Shown: positions 15,019 to 30,195 of the stretch, piece after piece
How positions within the stretch are numbered: the stretch's first letter is position 1
Layout of the letters: every line of letters begins with the position of its first letter
The notes under the pieces: generated by a model
Told to the model about the DNA's origin: nothing
Databases searched by the model: none
The model's input: only the letters and a program-made list of their open reading frames with translations
Position numbers and translations under genes: made by a program
Source of the DNA: Octopus vulgaris
Taxonomy: Eukaryota
Reading direction: 5' to 3'
Length of the DNA stretch: 64,000 nucleotides
NCBI GenBank assembly: GCA_951406725.2
Contig: OX597823.1
Location: forward strand, 90,706,001 to 90,770,000

Positions 15019-15078
15019 TTTGAACATATTCTGTTCTTCATTAGAGTTCTTGGATAACTGAACAGAATGGTACCAAAG
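15019..15078 (-). CDS. Candidate 60-nt exon (LWYHSVQLSKNSNEEQNMFK)
   Basis: Minus strand reads ttccag|CTTTGG...TTCAAA|gtaagt: a consensus donor and exactly 20 open codons in unique sequence. Confidence 0.3.
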
Positions 15079-16604
15079 CTGGAATTGCTTATCAAAGAAG
15101 TCTTATAACCAAAGTAGTGGGGGTGGGCATAGAAGTCCAGGAGTTGACATTATATTAATAAATGGTGTTTTTGATCATTTCTTTTTGTCAGTCGTTATTA
15201 ATAAATCAAGCCAGCTCATAACCAGACACTCCAACTGTGACCATCCAATGGCATATTCTTGGTTTTTTTAAGGATACATCATCTTATGTATTCTTCCTGG
15301 TTTAAGATGATGGTGGGTGTGATTTAAGGGCAATTTGGGTACTATTTTTAACAGACTAATGACTTGCTTTCTTTCTTTTTAGTCTACCAAAATCATTATT
15401 CGGCAACGTAGTATTTCTATGCTGATGATGATGGATGTCACATTAGCTTGTACCTCCTCATTCAGTCTGCAGCAGAAAAACCTCCCATATTTTACTTAGC
15501 CATTGGTATGGCACTAGTAAAGCTAGACAAACAGTAACATAATCTTCGTGTAGCAAATGCCTTACCGTTTTTATATCCTTAGTCAATAATATGGTTTGGA
15601 CCAGTATATATAATGTATTTGCCGTCGAAATGCTTATCAACTATGATGAATTTGAGAGGTATATTTCGGTTTAGTTACACACTGTTGTGTATTTTCACTT
15701 GATTTATCCTTTCAGAATACTTGAACCTTTAACATAATCCAGTGTAATGATGTACTGCATAAGGTAGATACAACATTACAGGTACCTAACTAGTATATCC
15801 AATTAGAGAGGCACTTTCTCACACAAGCAGTCTATCTAATTTCATTGATAAAGTTTAAGTCGATCTGTGATTAAAGTGCTAGATGTTACCTTAAAGTGCC
15901 ACGCCTGTGAATTGAACCGAAAACCTCATAATTGCAAGGTAGAAAGAAATGAAGAAACACAAAACTTGTCCACAGTCCAATATATTAGATATTCTTAAAG
16001 ATTTCTGGGACTGGGATAATGGTTATTGGAAAGGCAAGGTTAGCAAGTTTGAGTAAGTCTTTCAGAATCTGAGGTTAGCATTTAAAAAGACTTGGTGGGT
16101 GGCGGGTAGTAGGTGGTGGTGGATGGTGGGAGGTGGTGGAAGTAGATTGGTGTAGGAATGGTATAGCAAAAATATAAACGTTTTTGTTAAAAAAAAAATG
16201 CCATTCTTTAAAAAAAAAACTTTGGAAGAAACACAGAAATGTGTGGAATATTAAGACTGGCTTCATTGTGTTTATGGGTGAATGTGTGTGTGTTTGTGAT
16301 TATACAAGTAATTGTTTCTGTATGCATATTTATATATTTTCTCCTTTTTTAATTAATTTTAGTCATTGTGCTCTGGCCATGTTGGAGCACTGCTTAATAT
16401 ATATAATAATTACATCAAACTCCAGTATTCTAATATATATATATATATATAGGGAGAGTTTATGAAAAAAACAACAAAAGACGAAGACAGGTGGTGAACA
16501 AAACAAACAGATGTATTAGTATAACGCCCAGGAATAGAAAAAGTCTTTTACGTTTCGAGCTTACGCTCTTCTACAGAAAGGGACACAGAAAAAACAAGGA
16601 GAGA

Positions 16605-16639
<35 letters not shown>

Positions 16640-17120
16640 GAGTGAGAGAAGGAGAGATACACGCATGTACTTACATGTTTATATACATTCACACATGTAT
16701 ATATTTCGGCCATACACAAAACATGCGAACATGTATATCCAGTTAACTGTCCATCTACATAAACATGTTTATATGTGTGTGTGTGTGTGTGTGTACACAT
16801 ATGTTCATAAATATATTTTCATGTTCACATTTTAAGGTGTGTATTTATATCGATCTATACATATAGAGTAGGAGCGAGAGAGAGAGAGAGAGATTTATAA
16901 ATACACGCATACATGTTTGCGTATAGCCACATGTTCATATATAAATACATTCACGTATATGTATACACACACATTCATATACCATAGCCGCACACATAGC
17001 ATATACGATCGCACACATACACACACAAATATATATACATATGTACACATGCACTCACAAACAAACATCAATGTAATAGACTCCAGCTCATATTTATATT
17101 TGCAATTAAGATACACCATG

Positions 17121-17154
<34 letters not shown>

Positions 17155-17208
17155 TTGTGTACGCATGCACATGGAACATGCACCAGAAATTTCCCTCCCA
17201 CCTCTTTC

Positions 17209-17252
<44 letters not shown>

Positions 17253-17418
17253 CACACACACATATAAATATATACACACTAGAAATAGTAGCCAAATCTC
17301 CCTCGAATCATATCGTACCGCATTAAATACAGAAGGCTTCAAAAAAGACTGGATCGACACGGTTGGAAGATTTTGATCATACATAGCTGTATGCATATGT
17401 GTGTGTGTGTGTATGAGC

Positions 17419-17460
<42 letters not shown>

Positions 17461-19759
17461 GAGAGAGAGATAAGAGAGAAAAGAAGAGGGTTTGCGATGG
17501 TACCCATGTATATACACCCGTCGATGAATTCACAGTATTACGAGGGTTTATATATATATATATACATGTGTGTGAAGCACGTGTGTATACGTATACATTT
17601 ATATTGTACGTGTGTTCGTTCGTCTAACGACGAAGCATATGTAGATATACAGGTGGGCGTCATATATATATATGTATATGTTTGTGTGTGTGTGTGTGTG
17701 TATATATACATATGTATATATATATGTATACATATGTATATGTATACATATGTATATGTATAGATATCTATATATGTATGCACACACACACATATATATA
17801 TATATACATATGTATATACATATATATGTGTATATATATATATGTATACACACACAGGTAAATAACAGATAAACATAAGATATTGTATTTGTAAGACAGG
17901 TACAAAAACTTATTGCTGAAAAAAAAAAATAAGCTTCACTATGTGAAGTTGTGGCTTTCATTACATTCACACACACGAAATAGCTGAATGTGTTCCGACT
18001 GGAGACTTGAAACCGTGACGCCGACTTCAGTCTCTCGAAGGCTTACCACAACGCTGTTACACGCACGCGCACGCAGCGACTCAAAGAAAGGCGGCAGTGG
18101 GGAGGGTGTGTGTGTGTGTGTGTGTTCTGCGACGTGGCTTTTCAGTTTGCTAGAAATAGTAGTCAGATCTCTTTGGAATCGTACCCGACTTAATTTCAAT
18201 AAAGGATAACAGAAAAAGACAAGATGGTCACGGTTGGAAGCTGTTGATCGTGGGTAACCTGTGACTAGACAATACAGTACACTGTGTCTGTGTATGCATT
18301 GATACCCACATATATACACAACACATACATGCACGCAAATATACACATACACACATGAATACACATACATACATACATACGTACATACATACATACAAGA
18401 AAAGCGAGGCGGGATAAGAGGTGGTGGTGATTTAATGATTGCCCGGTCAGGCCAACAGAGTGATAAGGGAGTTCGAATTTCATTGGGGCATTGTATGTTA
18501 TAATTTCCCTTTCGTACCGTTGTTTACATATCACAAACATACACACTCTCTCTCTCGGGACCAGTCTATGATACTAGTACCATATATGTATGTATGTATA
18601 TATACGTACACACACACATATATTTATCATACAGTTATACGTTATCTATTTATACACCCACTTCAGAGATATACGTACACACAGTTAAACATATTTATCT
18701 GTATACACACAAGTATCTTTCATTCCATCAATATACATACATATGCATACATACATACAGTTTAAATGTATATAAGTGTACATAGATAGAAAAACAGGTG
18801 GATATATAGCTATATAGAACTAGGTGCACCTATCTAGTCATATACACACAGTTATACATGCACACACAAACACACACACACACATATATATATATATATG
18901 GATATATATATACACAAGGGTGCCCCCCCCCACCAATTTTGTTTCCTCATAACTCATATAAATCTATATACACATAGAAAGTCTAGCAGTGTGTGTGTGG
19001 TGGGGGAACAACTGGGTAAATCTCGAAAGAACATGATCTCACCCGTCGTTTGGCGACAGATGATGGTACCGCAGTTTCTAGTTGCACAACCTGCACAAAC
19101 GATGTTGTTTTGTAATGATCAAATGTTTGAGTTTCAGAATAAGCTCATTCCTCTCCATTAAAATCGACAGTATACCTGCACAGGTGTACACAGGTGTTAC
19201 AAGTGCGATCACTTCGTCAGATGTCGAAATGATTGGAGAGCAACGCGAAGTGAAGTGCTTCTGTTTTTTTCTTTTTCTTTCAAGACCACAACGCACTGCC
19301 CGGTCTGGGAATTGAAAACGCAATCTCAGGATCGTGACTGCAATACCCTAAACCACAAGGCCACGAACAACTAAATACAATTATACATATCTATTTACAC
19401 AGGCACACAGTTATATAGACACACATGTCCGCATATGACGAATGAAGAAAAAAAAAATAAAGGACTCGAAGAGAGGGAGACAGTGTTAACAAAAGTGCCA
19501 TTAGCATAACGCTTACCCGTTATAAACACACGTACAAAAAAATAAACACAATATCTAACGAATTAATTGAAATGTTGTGTAGAAAGGGGTATGTGACGCC
19601 GGTAAGGGAGGGCTTGAGACAGGCACGTGTCGGGTAGCGTTTAGGACAAGTATAGGGACCTACTCCATCACTTATTCTACACCCTACCAAACAAAATGAC
19701 AACAATTATGTATAGCTACCCACCCGGTTAACAACAAAGCTTGTATCTGTTCGCTAACG

Positions 19760-20112
19760 GGGTGGTACCCAGGAACAAACTGCTGGGTGGACGACGTTAT
19801 TGGGGGTTGAGGGTTTATTTATGTTAGCGAGTTTAAAGAAACGGGGTACCATTTAAGGTAAGGTACCAGTGATTACTTGGGACAAACAACTGAATGGACG
19901 ACGTAATCAGCGGTACCTGGGACAAACTGCTGGGTGGATGACATTATTAAGGGTTGACAGTTTATGCCTGTACGTTTAAAGAAACGGGGAACTCTTTATA
20001 AGGTACCAGGGGTTAGTTAGGACCAATAGCTGGGTGGAATATTTAAAAATTTCAAAGGGTCATGCCATTGAGTTCGGGAAAACGGGGTACCCTTTAAAGT
20101 AAGGTATCAGTG
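19760..20112. repeat. Degenerate tandem repeat (about 100-150 bp units)
   Basis: Recurring gctgggtgga (x3), aaacgggg (x3) and aaggta.cag motifs. Confidence 0.65.
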
Positions 20113-20118
20113 TAGTTG

Positions 20119-20161
<43 letters not shown>

Positions 20162-20619
20162 GTATGTATATATAGCAACTTTATATATACATCAATAATG
20201 TGTATATAAATTTATTAAACATGTATGTTTTCGTCTTAATTTTATATTAAGTAAGACGTAGGGTTTGGCAATAGAGAAACCCTCGCGGCAAAAATTAAAT
20301 CTTTTATTCGGTAAAACCAGACAAACTGACGTAGTTCATTATTTTTTTGCTTGCTGTTGTTTTGTTTAGACATTTACGTTCTGAGTTCGAATCCAGCTGG
20401 GGATGACTTGATTTTCTTTTTCCCCTCATTTCACCGAAACGCGATAAAATATTTTCGAAATAAAAACATCGAAACGAAAGAGAAATAAAAATCAATATAT
20501 TTGGTTTGAAACAGCTCAATGAACCCCTAAACCCGACCCCATATTTCTGTGTTGTGTCATTAATTAAGAAAAAAGGAATTAGTAGAAACAGTGTTATTAT
20601 TTTGTTTTTGTAACGCTCA

Positions 20620-20670
<51 letters not shown>

Positions 20671-20739
20671 CTTTTATTCTATACAAAAAATAAAAAAACA
20701 AGGAGTTTCTGATTCATTTTTCATATGTAGGGTGAGAGG

Positions 20740-21700
20740 AATATAGGGTGATTATTATTATCGTTATTCGATTAGTCCCCTACCCACCAAAACTTAAGGC
20801 CTTGTGCCTTTAGTAGAAAGGATTGTTATTAAAGGAGGGCAATTTAAACTTACCCCTCCCCTACATATACATCTCTATAATCAGGGGGTTCGATTTAATT
20901 AGCTGTTACCATCCACCCCACCCAAACCTCAGGCAATGTGCCTACTTAAGAAATCATCACCATCATCTCAGAAAATAAAATTAAAAAAAAAAAAAACAAC
21001 GGAAGAAATGCCGGCTAAGAATTTGGCGCGTCGGCTAAAATGCTTCGCGGCAGCATTTCTTCCATCTCTCTGCGTTCTGAGTTCGAATCCAGACGAGGTC
21101 AACTTTGCTTTTCGGCCATTCACGGTTCGAACAAATAAAGTACTGGAAGTCGATATAATCGACTACCCCTTCCCTTCAAAAACACTGGCCTTGTTTCAAT
21201 ATTATCATCATCATCATCATTATTATTATTATTATTATTATTATCGAGCTGGCAGAATCGTTAGCACACCGATTCTTAGCGGCATTTCGTCCGTCGCTGC
21301 GTTCTGAGTTCAAATTCTGCCGAGGTCGACTCTGCCTTTTAATCCTTTCGGGGTCGATGAAATAAGTATCAGTTGAACACTGAGATCGATTTAATCGATT
21401 AGTCTCCTACCCCAAAATTTCAGGGCCTTGTGCCTTTAGTAAGAAGGGTTATTATTATTATTATTACACTTTACCGTTCATCCTTTCGGGGTCCATGAAA
21501 TAGTTAGCAGTCAAGTACTGGCGTCAATCTGTCTCATGCCCCAAAATTCTAGGCCTTGTGTTGATAATGGAATTGTATTGCCGAGGTCGACTTTACCGTT
21601 CATCCTTTCCAGATCGATAAAATCAGTACCAGCTGAGTACGGAGGTCGACATAAGTGATTTCCCCCACCCCAAATTTCAGGCCTTGTGCCTATAGAACAA
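20740..21700 (+). mobile_element. Cluster of degraded family D SINE fragments
   Basis: Repeated gagttc.aa..c.g.cgaggtc.act.tgc and ggccttgtgcct.tag.agaa tails separated by (ATT)n. Confidence 0.7.
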
Positions 21701-22869
21701 ATCATCACCATCGTCATCATCATCTTTTTATTATTGTCGTTCCAATCACTTTTTTTTTGCACGATGTAAATATCTTCCAAATGTTTATTGCAGGGTTTCC
21801 CCCCACACCTCTGTGTATTTCGCCCTGGGCCTTGCAGATGGTGTGTGTGTGTGTATGTCAAATAAATGAAACTGTCCATTAAAGAATAAATCAGAAAAAG
21901 AAAAGAAGAAACGAAAATATAATATAAGAAACCGGTTACAGTCGATGAAGTACCGGGTTCGAATTAGCTGCACAGCTGTGTGTCCTCGTTCATTGAACCA
22001 AAACAACACAGGATGGAAATTACGATGGAGCAATGAAGTAAAGTTCTAAGGAGATGGGGGAAGAGGCCCCCATTATTATTATTATTATTATTATTGTTTT
22101 AGGGTCCTGTCCCAAGGAACCGCCCCTCCTTTAATTACATTATTTTTTTTTAGCGTGAAACTAGTAATTATATAAAATGAAATTATAACGAAAAACTGAT
22201 ATGTTTTTAAACAGCGCAGGAGAAAATAAACAATTGGAATTATTCAAATTGGTTCAGAAAAAAATATAGATATATATATATATACACTCATGTAGTGGGT
22301 GTATATATTTGTATGTATAAACAAGAAAAATTAAAAACAACGAACTGTTCCTTACCTGTTGTTTAAAGTTGATGGTTAAAACAGTTCCATTATATATACA
22401 TGTGAGTATGTATATATATATATATGTATATATGATATACAGATATGTATGTGTATATATTATTTATTTCATATATATTTAATGCATATATTTATATAAA
22501 CAAGCACATATGTGTGTATATAGCATAAATATATATAAATAATATATATAGTGTATGTGTGTATATATAATATGTATATATATGTATATATATATATATA
22601 GGCTATGAATGTGTATGTATATATAATATGTATATATATATATATATATATTTTGTAAAGAGCCCAAGTTGGTAATATAGTATTTTTTTTAATACAAAAC
22701 CCAAGAAGCGAAATAAAACTAAAAAAAAAAAATGCAAAAGCAGCAGGGGTAACAGCAGCAGCAGCAGCAGCAGCAACACGACGGTTATCCGTTATAGAAG
22801 CAGTCGAGGTTATTATTGTGATAAAACCAAGGATCTGTGGCTAGAACAGGTGCCAGAATTGTCAGAGCC

Positions 22870-22876
22870 AAAGAGA

Positions 22877-22907
<31 letters not shown>

Positions 22908-24170
22908 AAGTATGAGAGTTAAGGGGGAAGGGGAGGGAAAGAGATAGATAAAGAATATAAGAGCGAGGGGGGCAGAAGTTGAAAGAAGTGATAGAGTAAA
23001 AGAATAAAGGGAAAAAAGGGGGTGGGGGAAGGTTATAGACAGGCAGAGTAAAAGAGCGAGGGAAAAGAAGTTGAAAGAAGTGAGAGAGAGAGAGAGAGTA
23101 TGAGAGTAAAGGCCGAAGGGGAGGGAGGGAAGTAGACAAAGAGTAAAAGACGCAGGGAGAGAAGTGAAAGAGGTGAGAGAGAGAATATGAGAGTTAAGGA
23201 GGAAAAGAGAGGGAAGAAAGAAAGAGAGAGATGTTTTAATAGTGGAGGGGGAGTGATTTGAAAGGAGTAAAAGCTATTGAGAGAGGATGGGAGGGTTTTA
23301 AAAAGATAGAGACACAAGTGGGAAATATTAGACGTGTGTATGTGTGTGTATATATATATACATGAGTATGTGTAATTGTATATGTGTGTGTATGTTCTTT
23401 TACCTTTAATCTTTCTCTAGCTCCTGCTTGAGAGCTGCGGCCATGCTGGGGTACCACACACACACATATACACACACTCTCTTATATACACTTTTTTCTC
23501 TCTCTCTCTCATATATATGTGTTCGTGTTCGTGTGTTCGTGTTCGTGTGTGTGTGTGTGCGTGTGTGTGTGTGTGTGTATGTGTCTGTGTGTTCGTGCGT
23601 GTCTGTGTGGAAAGTGGGATAGAGAGAAAGGAGAAGAGAAGGGTGAGAAGATCGTCGGAAAAATGGATAGATAGATAGAGAGCGGGGAAAGAGAGGGAGG
23701 GAGGAAGGGAGTGTATGAGGAGGAGGCGAAGTTAAGAAAGGAGAGAAAGAAAGCTATGAAGAGAGGCGGAGGAAGTTAAAAAGCCAAAATTATACATACA
23801 CACGAACAAACACACACAAACACGCTCGCAAATGCATTGAAACACACACACATACACACACGCATACATATATTTATGAGAAGGAGAGAGAAAGAGAAAG
23901 AGAAAGAGAGAGGGAGGGGAAGACTAAAATGTAGAGAGGGAATGGGATTAACTTCGGATAAGGGAGAGAGATACAGAGATACATAGAGAGAAATTGGAAA
24001 GGTGTGAGAGATACAGTCAATGAGAGAGGGGGAAATGGAAAGAAGATTGGGAGGAGGAAGTGGAGGAAGAATTAGCAGACGATAGAAATATGAAAAGTTG
24101 AAAAAGAGCGACCGTTGGAGGGGGAGGAAGGAAAAATAAGTGAGTATGGGGGTGGGGTGGAGGTATTGAA

Positions 24171-24247
<77 letters not shown>

Positions 24248-25050
24248 GTCTATCTATCTAGAAAGAGAGAGAGAGAGAGAAAGGGAAAACGACAACGATA
24301 GAAAGACAGATTCAATAGTGAAACTTATGGAAAGGAAGGGAGAATTAGAGAGAGAGAGAGAGGGGGGAAGAGAAGAGAAAGAGAGAGGGAGAAGAGAGAG
24401 AGAGAGAGACCAAAGAAGAGAGGGAAAGAAAAGAAGCGAGGGAGAGAGAAAGGAGCGAAGAGAAATACATGGGGATAAGAGTGGGAGAGAAAGGTTAAAA
24501 ATTAATATAATGATAGAAACATAGATAGTGAGAGAGGGAGTAGTGTTAGATATACTGATATATAAGACTGGGGACGTGTTGGGAGGAAGGATAGAGGAAA
24601 GAAATTATGTAAGGGGAGAGAGAGAGAAGGGGAGGGTTTAAAATCGGTTTTGGGAAGAGAAAGGGGGGAAAGAGAAAGTAGAAAGAAAGAAGGAAAGACG
24701 TAAGAAAGAAAGAAGGATTGAATGAAAGAATAATATGGATTGCAAGAGAGTAAGAGAGAAAGGGAAGAGATAGGGAAAATGAGGGAGAAAGAATGGTGGG
24801 GGAAGAAAGAGAGGAGGAGAATGGGGAAGGGTGATATATGAATTGAAAGTGAAAAAGAGAGAAAGAGTGAGAGTGAAAGAGAGGGATGGTGGAGAAGACG
24901 ATGTAAAGTTTGTGTGAGGGAGAGTGAGAGATAGAGAAATGATTTGGAGAGAAATATGGAGCGATGAGAACAAGGGAGAAAGAGAGAGAGACTAAGGGAT
25001 GAACTGAAGGGGAAATGTCAAGTGAAAAGGATGAAAAGAACGAGAGAGAG

Positions 25051-25081
<31 letters not shown>

Positions 25082-25230
25082 AAGAGAGGAGGAAATAGGA
25101 GTAGAAAAATGAGGGGGATAGAGAGTGGGAGGAGAAGCTAAGGGTGAGATCGAAAGAGAGAGAGAGATGAATGTAAGGTGGTGGTGGGATGCAGGAGGAG
25201 GAGGAGAAGAAAGGGGAAGCTGGAGCTGTT
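22870..25230. repeat. Polypurine (GA-rich) low-complexity domain
   Basis: About 2.3 kb of predominantly A/G on the + strand, interrupted by TG-rich and TATC tracts. Confidence 0.85.
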
Positions 25231-25706
25231 TGTTGTTAATAGTGTTTGCTATAGAGTTTAGCAGTCGGTTCGTTGTTGAGTAAAGTGATTTTTAAGGGGA
25301 GGGGGGGATCGTAGTAGTTATGATAGTAGGGTGGTGGTGGTGGTGGTGGTGGAGGTGGTAGTAGAGGTACTAATGGTACTTTCTCTCTCACACACGGCAT
25401 TACCATGTTATTATATATATACATATATATATGTGTGTGTGTGTGTGTATATATATAATATATATATATATACATATATATGTATATATATGTGTGTGTA
25501 TATATATACACACACACATCTGTATACACATGAACACAAATACACACGCATATATATACATATGTATTGTACATATATACATGGATATATTGTATATATA
25601 TATTTATACATATATGTATAGTATATATGTACAAATGTATAACTCTCTTTTTCTCTCTCTTTTATTTTCCTTCTTCTCTCTGTCACTCACCCCCTATCTC
25701 TCTCTT

Positions 25707-25740
<34 letters not shown>

Positions 25741-25769
25741 CACATACACATACATTATGACTATAGTGT

Positions 25770-27240
25770 TCGTGGTTGTGGTGATAGTAGAAGTAGAGGT
25801 AGTAATAGAGATTATGATGGTAGGAGGAGTGATGGTGGTGATAGTCACAGTGAGGTGGTGGCGGTGGTGAAAGAAGTCATTGAGTTGTTACTAGCGATGG
25901 CGGGGCGGTGACAGTGATTTAGTGGGGGGGGAGTTGTCATAGTGGTAGTGGTGGTTGGTACTTCGCGCCTCTTTGTGCTTATGGTGGTGATTTTAGTAGT
26001 GATGATGGTTACGGTTAGAGTAATTATGATGATGGTGGTGGTGGTGACGAGGGAGGTGATGCTGATGGTGGGGGACGAGGGATGGCGAAAGAAGGAGAGA
26101 TGGCGATGATGGTGGAGGCGACGGAGATACTGACTGATGACAGTGGCGGTGGCGGTGGTGTAATAACAGCTGTAGAAGTAGTGGTGGTGGCGGTGGGAGT
26201 CTGTTGAGAGGAGGAGCTAAGTAGAACTGAGAGAGGAGGAGAAGAAAGAAGAAGGTGAGGGAATGAGTAGGAGGGATATCACCACCTCCACCAACACCAC
26301 CACAACGACGATACTGTGTAACAGTTGTTGATGATGATGATGATGATGATGATGATTGTCATTCTTAGGGGGATGGTGGTGGTGGTGGTCCCATTGAATA
26401 CGGTGGCGGTGTTGACGGTGCAGGCGATAGAGGTGATGGTGGTGGTGGTGGTGCTGGTGGTGGTAGCGATGGTCATGAAGTCAACGCGCATGATGCTGAC
26501 ATTGATGCTTATGATGATGATGGTGGTGGAATCGTAGCCTCTTCTTCCCCCACTAAGGTCAGGGAATGAAGACAAATAGGAGGGGGAAGCTGTAAGCGGG
26601 TGAAGGCGATGGCGGTGGGAGTACTGAAGCCAACCAAGTCGGCGTTGTGTGTGTGTATGTGTGTGCGAGAGCATGTGTGCGTGTGTGAATGCGTATGTGC
26701 GATCGTGTGTGTGTTTCTGGGTATGTGAATGTGCGTTTGTGTGTGTGTGTGTGTGTTTCTGGGGATGTGAATATGTGTGTGTGTGTGTGTGTGCTGAGGT
26801 GAGGTCGAGGTCGTGATGCTGAGGAGGACAGGGGGTGGTAACAATAACGGTGACGCAGAAAAAGGATAACGGTGGTGGTGGTGGTGGTGGTTGATGACGA
26901 TTATGATGCTGCTTACGATGATGATAATAGCGATATTGCTGTAAGGTGAAGATGGTGGTGGTAAAGATGACGGTGGGAAGATTGTTATTGACGACGACAA
27001 TGACGATGATGTTGATGATGATGGTGATAGTAGCGATGGCAGTCGTTGTGACGTCATCGTTTTTAAGTGTGAGTTAACAAGTCGTGGTCAAAGGTGAAAG
27101 ACTCTTTCAAACTTCCCCCTCATCCACCGCCACTTCCGCCGCTACCACTGTCACCCCGCCGATGTCATACCATCACCTTCACCATCACAACTGTCACACC
27201 GTCACACGACGACGACCACCACCACCACCGGTAACAGCAG
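25770..27240. repeat. (GGT/GAT)n cryptic trinucleotide low-complexity region
   Basis: Degenerate GGT/GAT/GAC triplets, switching to CAC-rich after about 27110. Confidence 0.8.
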
Positions 27241-27253
27241 TCAAAGGTCCCCC

Positions 27254-27659
27254 TATTTCTTTACTACCCACTAAGGGGCTTAACACAGAAAGGACAGACA
27301 AACGGATTAAGTCGATTAGATCGACCCCAGTGCGTAACTGGTACTTATTTAATCGACCCCGAAAGGATGAAAGGCAAAGTCGACCTCGGCGGAATTTGAA
27401 CTCTGAACGTAGCGGCAGACGAAATACCTATTTCTTTATTACCGACAAGGGGCTAAACACAGAGAGGACAAACAAGGACAGACAAACGGATTAAGTCGAT
27501 TATATCGAACCCAGTGCATAACTGGTACTTATTTAATCGACCCCGAAAGGATGACAGGCAAAGTCGACCTCGGCGGAATTTGAACTCAGAACGTAGCGGC
27601 AGACAAAATACGGCTACGCATTTTGCCCGGCGTGCTAACGATTCTGCCAGCTCGCCGCT
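27254..27659 (-). mobile_element. Family D SINE dimer
   Basis: One head plus two ~175-bp body units joined at gaaatac|ctatttc. Confidence 0.85.
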
Positions 27660-28326
27660 CTAACCACCCCAACTATCTTGATATAATACTAATAAAAACA
27701 AACGGAAGACCACATTAGATAATGTAACCCCCAGTACACAAAATATATGAATATTGAAACTAAGGGATGTTCACGGTTGGAATACGTTTTGGTTAAGAGT
27801 TTCCTTGTTTAGGACAGACCAAGGGTCTGAACAGCCAGCCAGCTCTTTCACCAAATCAGTTGTTGCTTTTAGAGTTTTAGATCAACGGTGATCGTGTATA
27901 AATGATCATGTGACCATCATATACTCTGTATTCTCTTTTACTTGTTTCAGTCATTTGACTGCGGCCATGCTGGAGCACCGCCTTTAGTCGAGCAAATCGA
28001 CCCCGGAACTTATTTTTTGTAAGCCTAGTAAGTACTTATTCTATCGGTCTCTCTTTTGCCGAAACGCTAAGTTACGGGAACGTAAACACACCAGCATCGG
28101 TTGTCAAACACAGACACACAAACGCGCGCGCACGCACACACACACACACACACACACACAAATACGACGGGCTTCTTTCAGTTTCCGTCTACCAAATCCA
28201 CTCACAAGGCTTTGGTCAGCCCGAGGCTATAGTAGAAGACATTTGCCTAAGGTGCCACGCAGTGGGACTGAACCCGGAACCATGTGGTTGGTAAGCCAGC
28301 TACTTACCACACAGTCACACCTGCGA

Positions 28327-28379
<53 letters not shown>

Positions 28380-28690
28380 TACACACATATGTATATATAT
28401 ATATAATCTTAAGTTCTGGTTGCGTATAAAGGTAGGGTAATTCCAGAGAAGCACTCAACCTGAATTCCGGACTGTCAGTACTGACGGATTCCAGACCAAT
28501 ACCGAAATTCTTCAAGTGTAGCAAATCCTGGTTTCACGACGGTAAAACTGTTTTGTTGGTGCAGCGAACAGTAAACGATTATCCAAATAATAAAACAAAA
28601 AATAAATCCTTTAATACATCTTTAATGATTTCTTACCACAATTGTTTCAGTACCAACTTTACTTGCAACGCCAGTGTATATATATATGTT

Positions 28691-28751
<61 letters not shown>

Positions 28752-28753
<2 letters not shown>

Positions 28754-29334
28754 CAATTTAATAAATAAAACATGCATACATACATACATACATATATGTA
28801 TATATATATGCATATATCTATACATACATATATGAGTACACCATAAATAAACGTAGAACACAACGAGAAACGAAAACAAAACCATACAAGGAAACGGACT
28901 TTTTTTAACAACGAAAAAACAGACTACAAACAGGCAACACAAGGAACATTCCCCTTCTTCAGCTGCCCCTGTTTCGACTCAATGCGTGTTTCGAAGGTAA
29001 GGGCAGAACACGGCCACGCCGAAGCAGTCCTTCCCGAAAAATGAATTAAATAAAAAAATTTTGCGGGGGAGTAAAAAAAAGTGACAAGAACAGGGCATAT
29101 AAGCAATACAAATGAAGAAAAAAAACAGTACAAGTAGAGATAAAGACAGTAAAAGACAGGACAAGGAAACCAACAATAAGGGCTTTTTTTAAGCCTAGAC
29201 GGTGGAAAAATTCGTTAGAACGCATTCCGAAGATCGGCTTGCGGAAGACAGAAAAAAGCCGATGCTGACTTGTTGAAAGCAGTGGGCAGAAAGAAAGTTA
29301 GTAGCCCTCCGGTCAGCGACGAGAGAGAGGAGGA

Positions 29335-29365
<31 letters not shown>

Positions 29366-29705
29366 AGAAACCAAAAAGGGTGAAAAATAAGAAGGAGAGA
29401 GACAGGTAGAGAGGAAGACAGACAGGCAGGGCGGAAAGGTCAAGTAAAGAGTTAAGAGTGCGCGTCATAATTATTGAAAAAAACTTACTTGGAAGAAGAA
29501 GAAAACGACGCGTGCGTTCAATCATATAATAACAATTTAATAAATAAAACATATACATACATACATATATCTACATACCTACATCTATATGTATATATAC
29601 ATGCATATATGAGTACAGGACACCACAAATAAACGTAGAACACAACGAGAAACGAAAACATAAAACCAAACAAGGAAACGGCCTTTTTTTAACAACGAAA
29701 AAGGA
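28752..29705 (-). mobile_element. Element with ~170-bp direct terminal repeats (Penelope-like pLTR arrangement suspected)
   Basis: 28752-28920 is repeated at 29530-29705. The interior has a (GA)n tract and a ccggtcag motif also seen (as ctgaccgg) at 55140. Confidence 0.5.
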
Positions 29706-29789
29706 ATTTACAAAAAAAAAGAAAAGACATAGAAGAAAGAAAACATATTAAACGGACACTTTGGACATAGACAAGCTGAACCTCTCATC

Positions 29790-30195
29790 AGCTGTCGACC
29801 GAATGTCACCACAATTTCGACATCCAATAAGTCTATTTGTCTTGTAAACTTTGTTCGTAATGGTGAAGCTGAGGTATGTGAACTCGTGATATGTCTGTGG
29901 TTCACAGTGGTAAATGATGACGTTAAGCAAGTACACGAGACATTAGCCAAAAGCCTTCTGTCTTCTTCATACTGATGGTTAAGCCGAAGTTTTGAGAAGC
30001 TCTTGTGAGACTTTTCCTGGGGCGTTGCGGATGCTCTGCCGAGTATAACGCTTGTGTTTCAGCATCTGCACATAGCATGTCCCTGACAAGTAATTTGCAA
30101 ACTTTGGTTTTCTCCCTCCTTCGACATAGATTCAACAGTTTCCTGTCTGATCTTGTGTGGAGGAAAACACCATCGGTCGATGTTCCAAAGGCGTG
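29790..30195 (-). pseudogene. RTE-clade LINE reverse-transcriptase fragment
   Basis: DGVFLHTRSDRKLLNLCRRREKTKVCKLLVRDMLCAD...QNFGLTISMKKT...EFTYL resembles the RTE/BovB-type RT region around the FADD motif; decayed. Confidence 0.8.
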
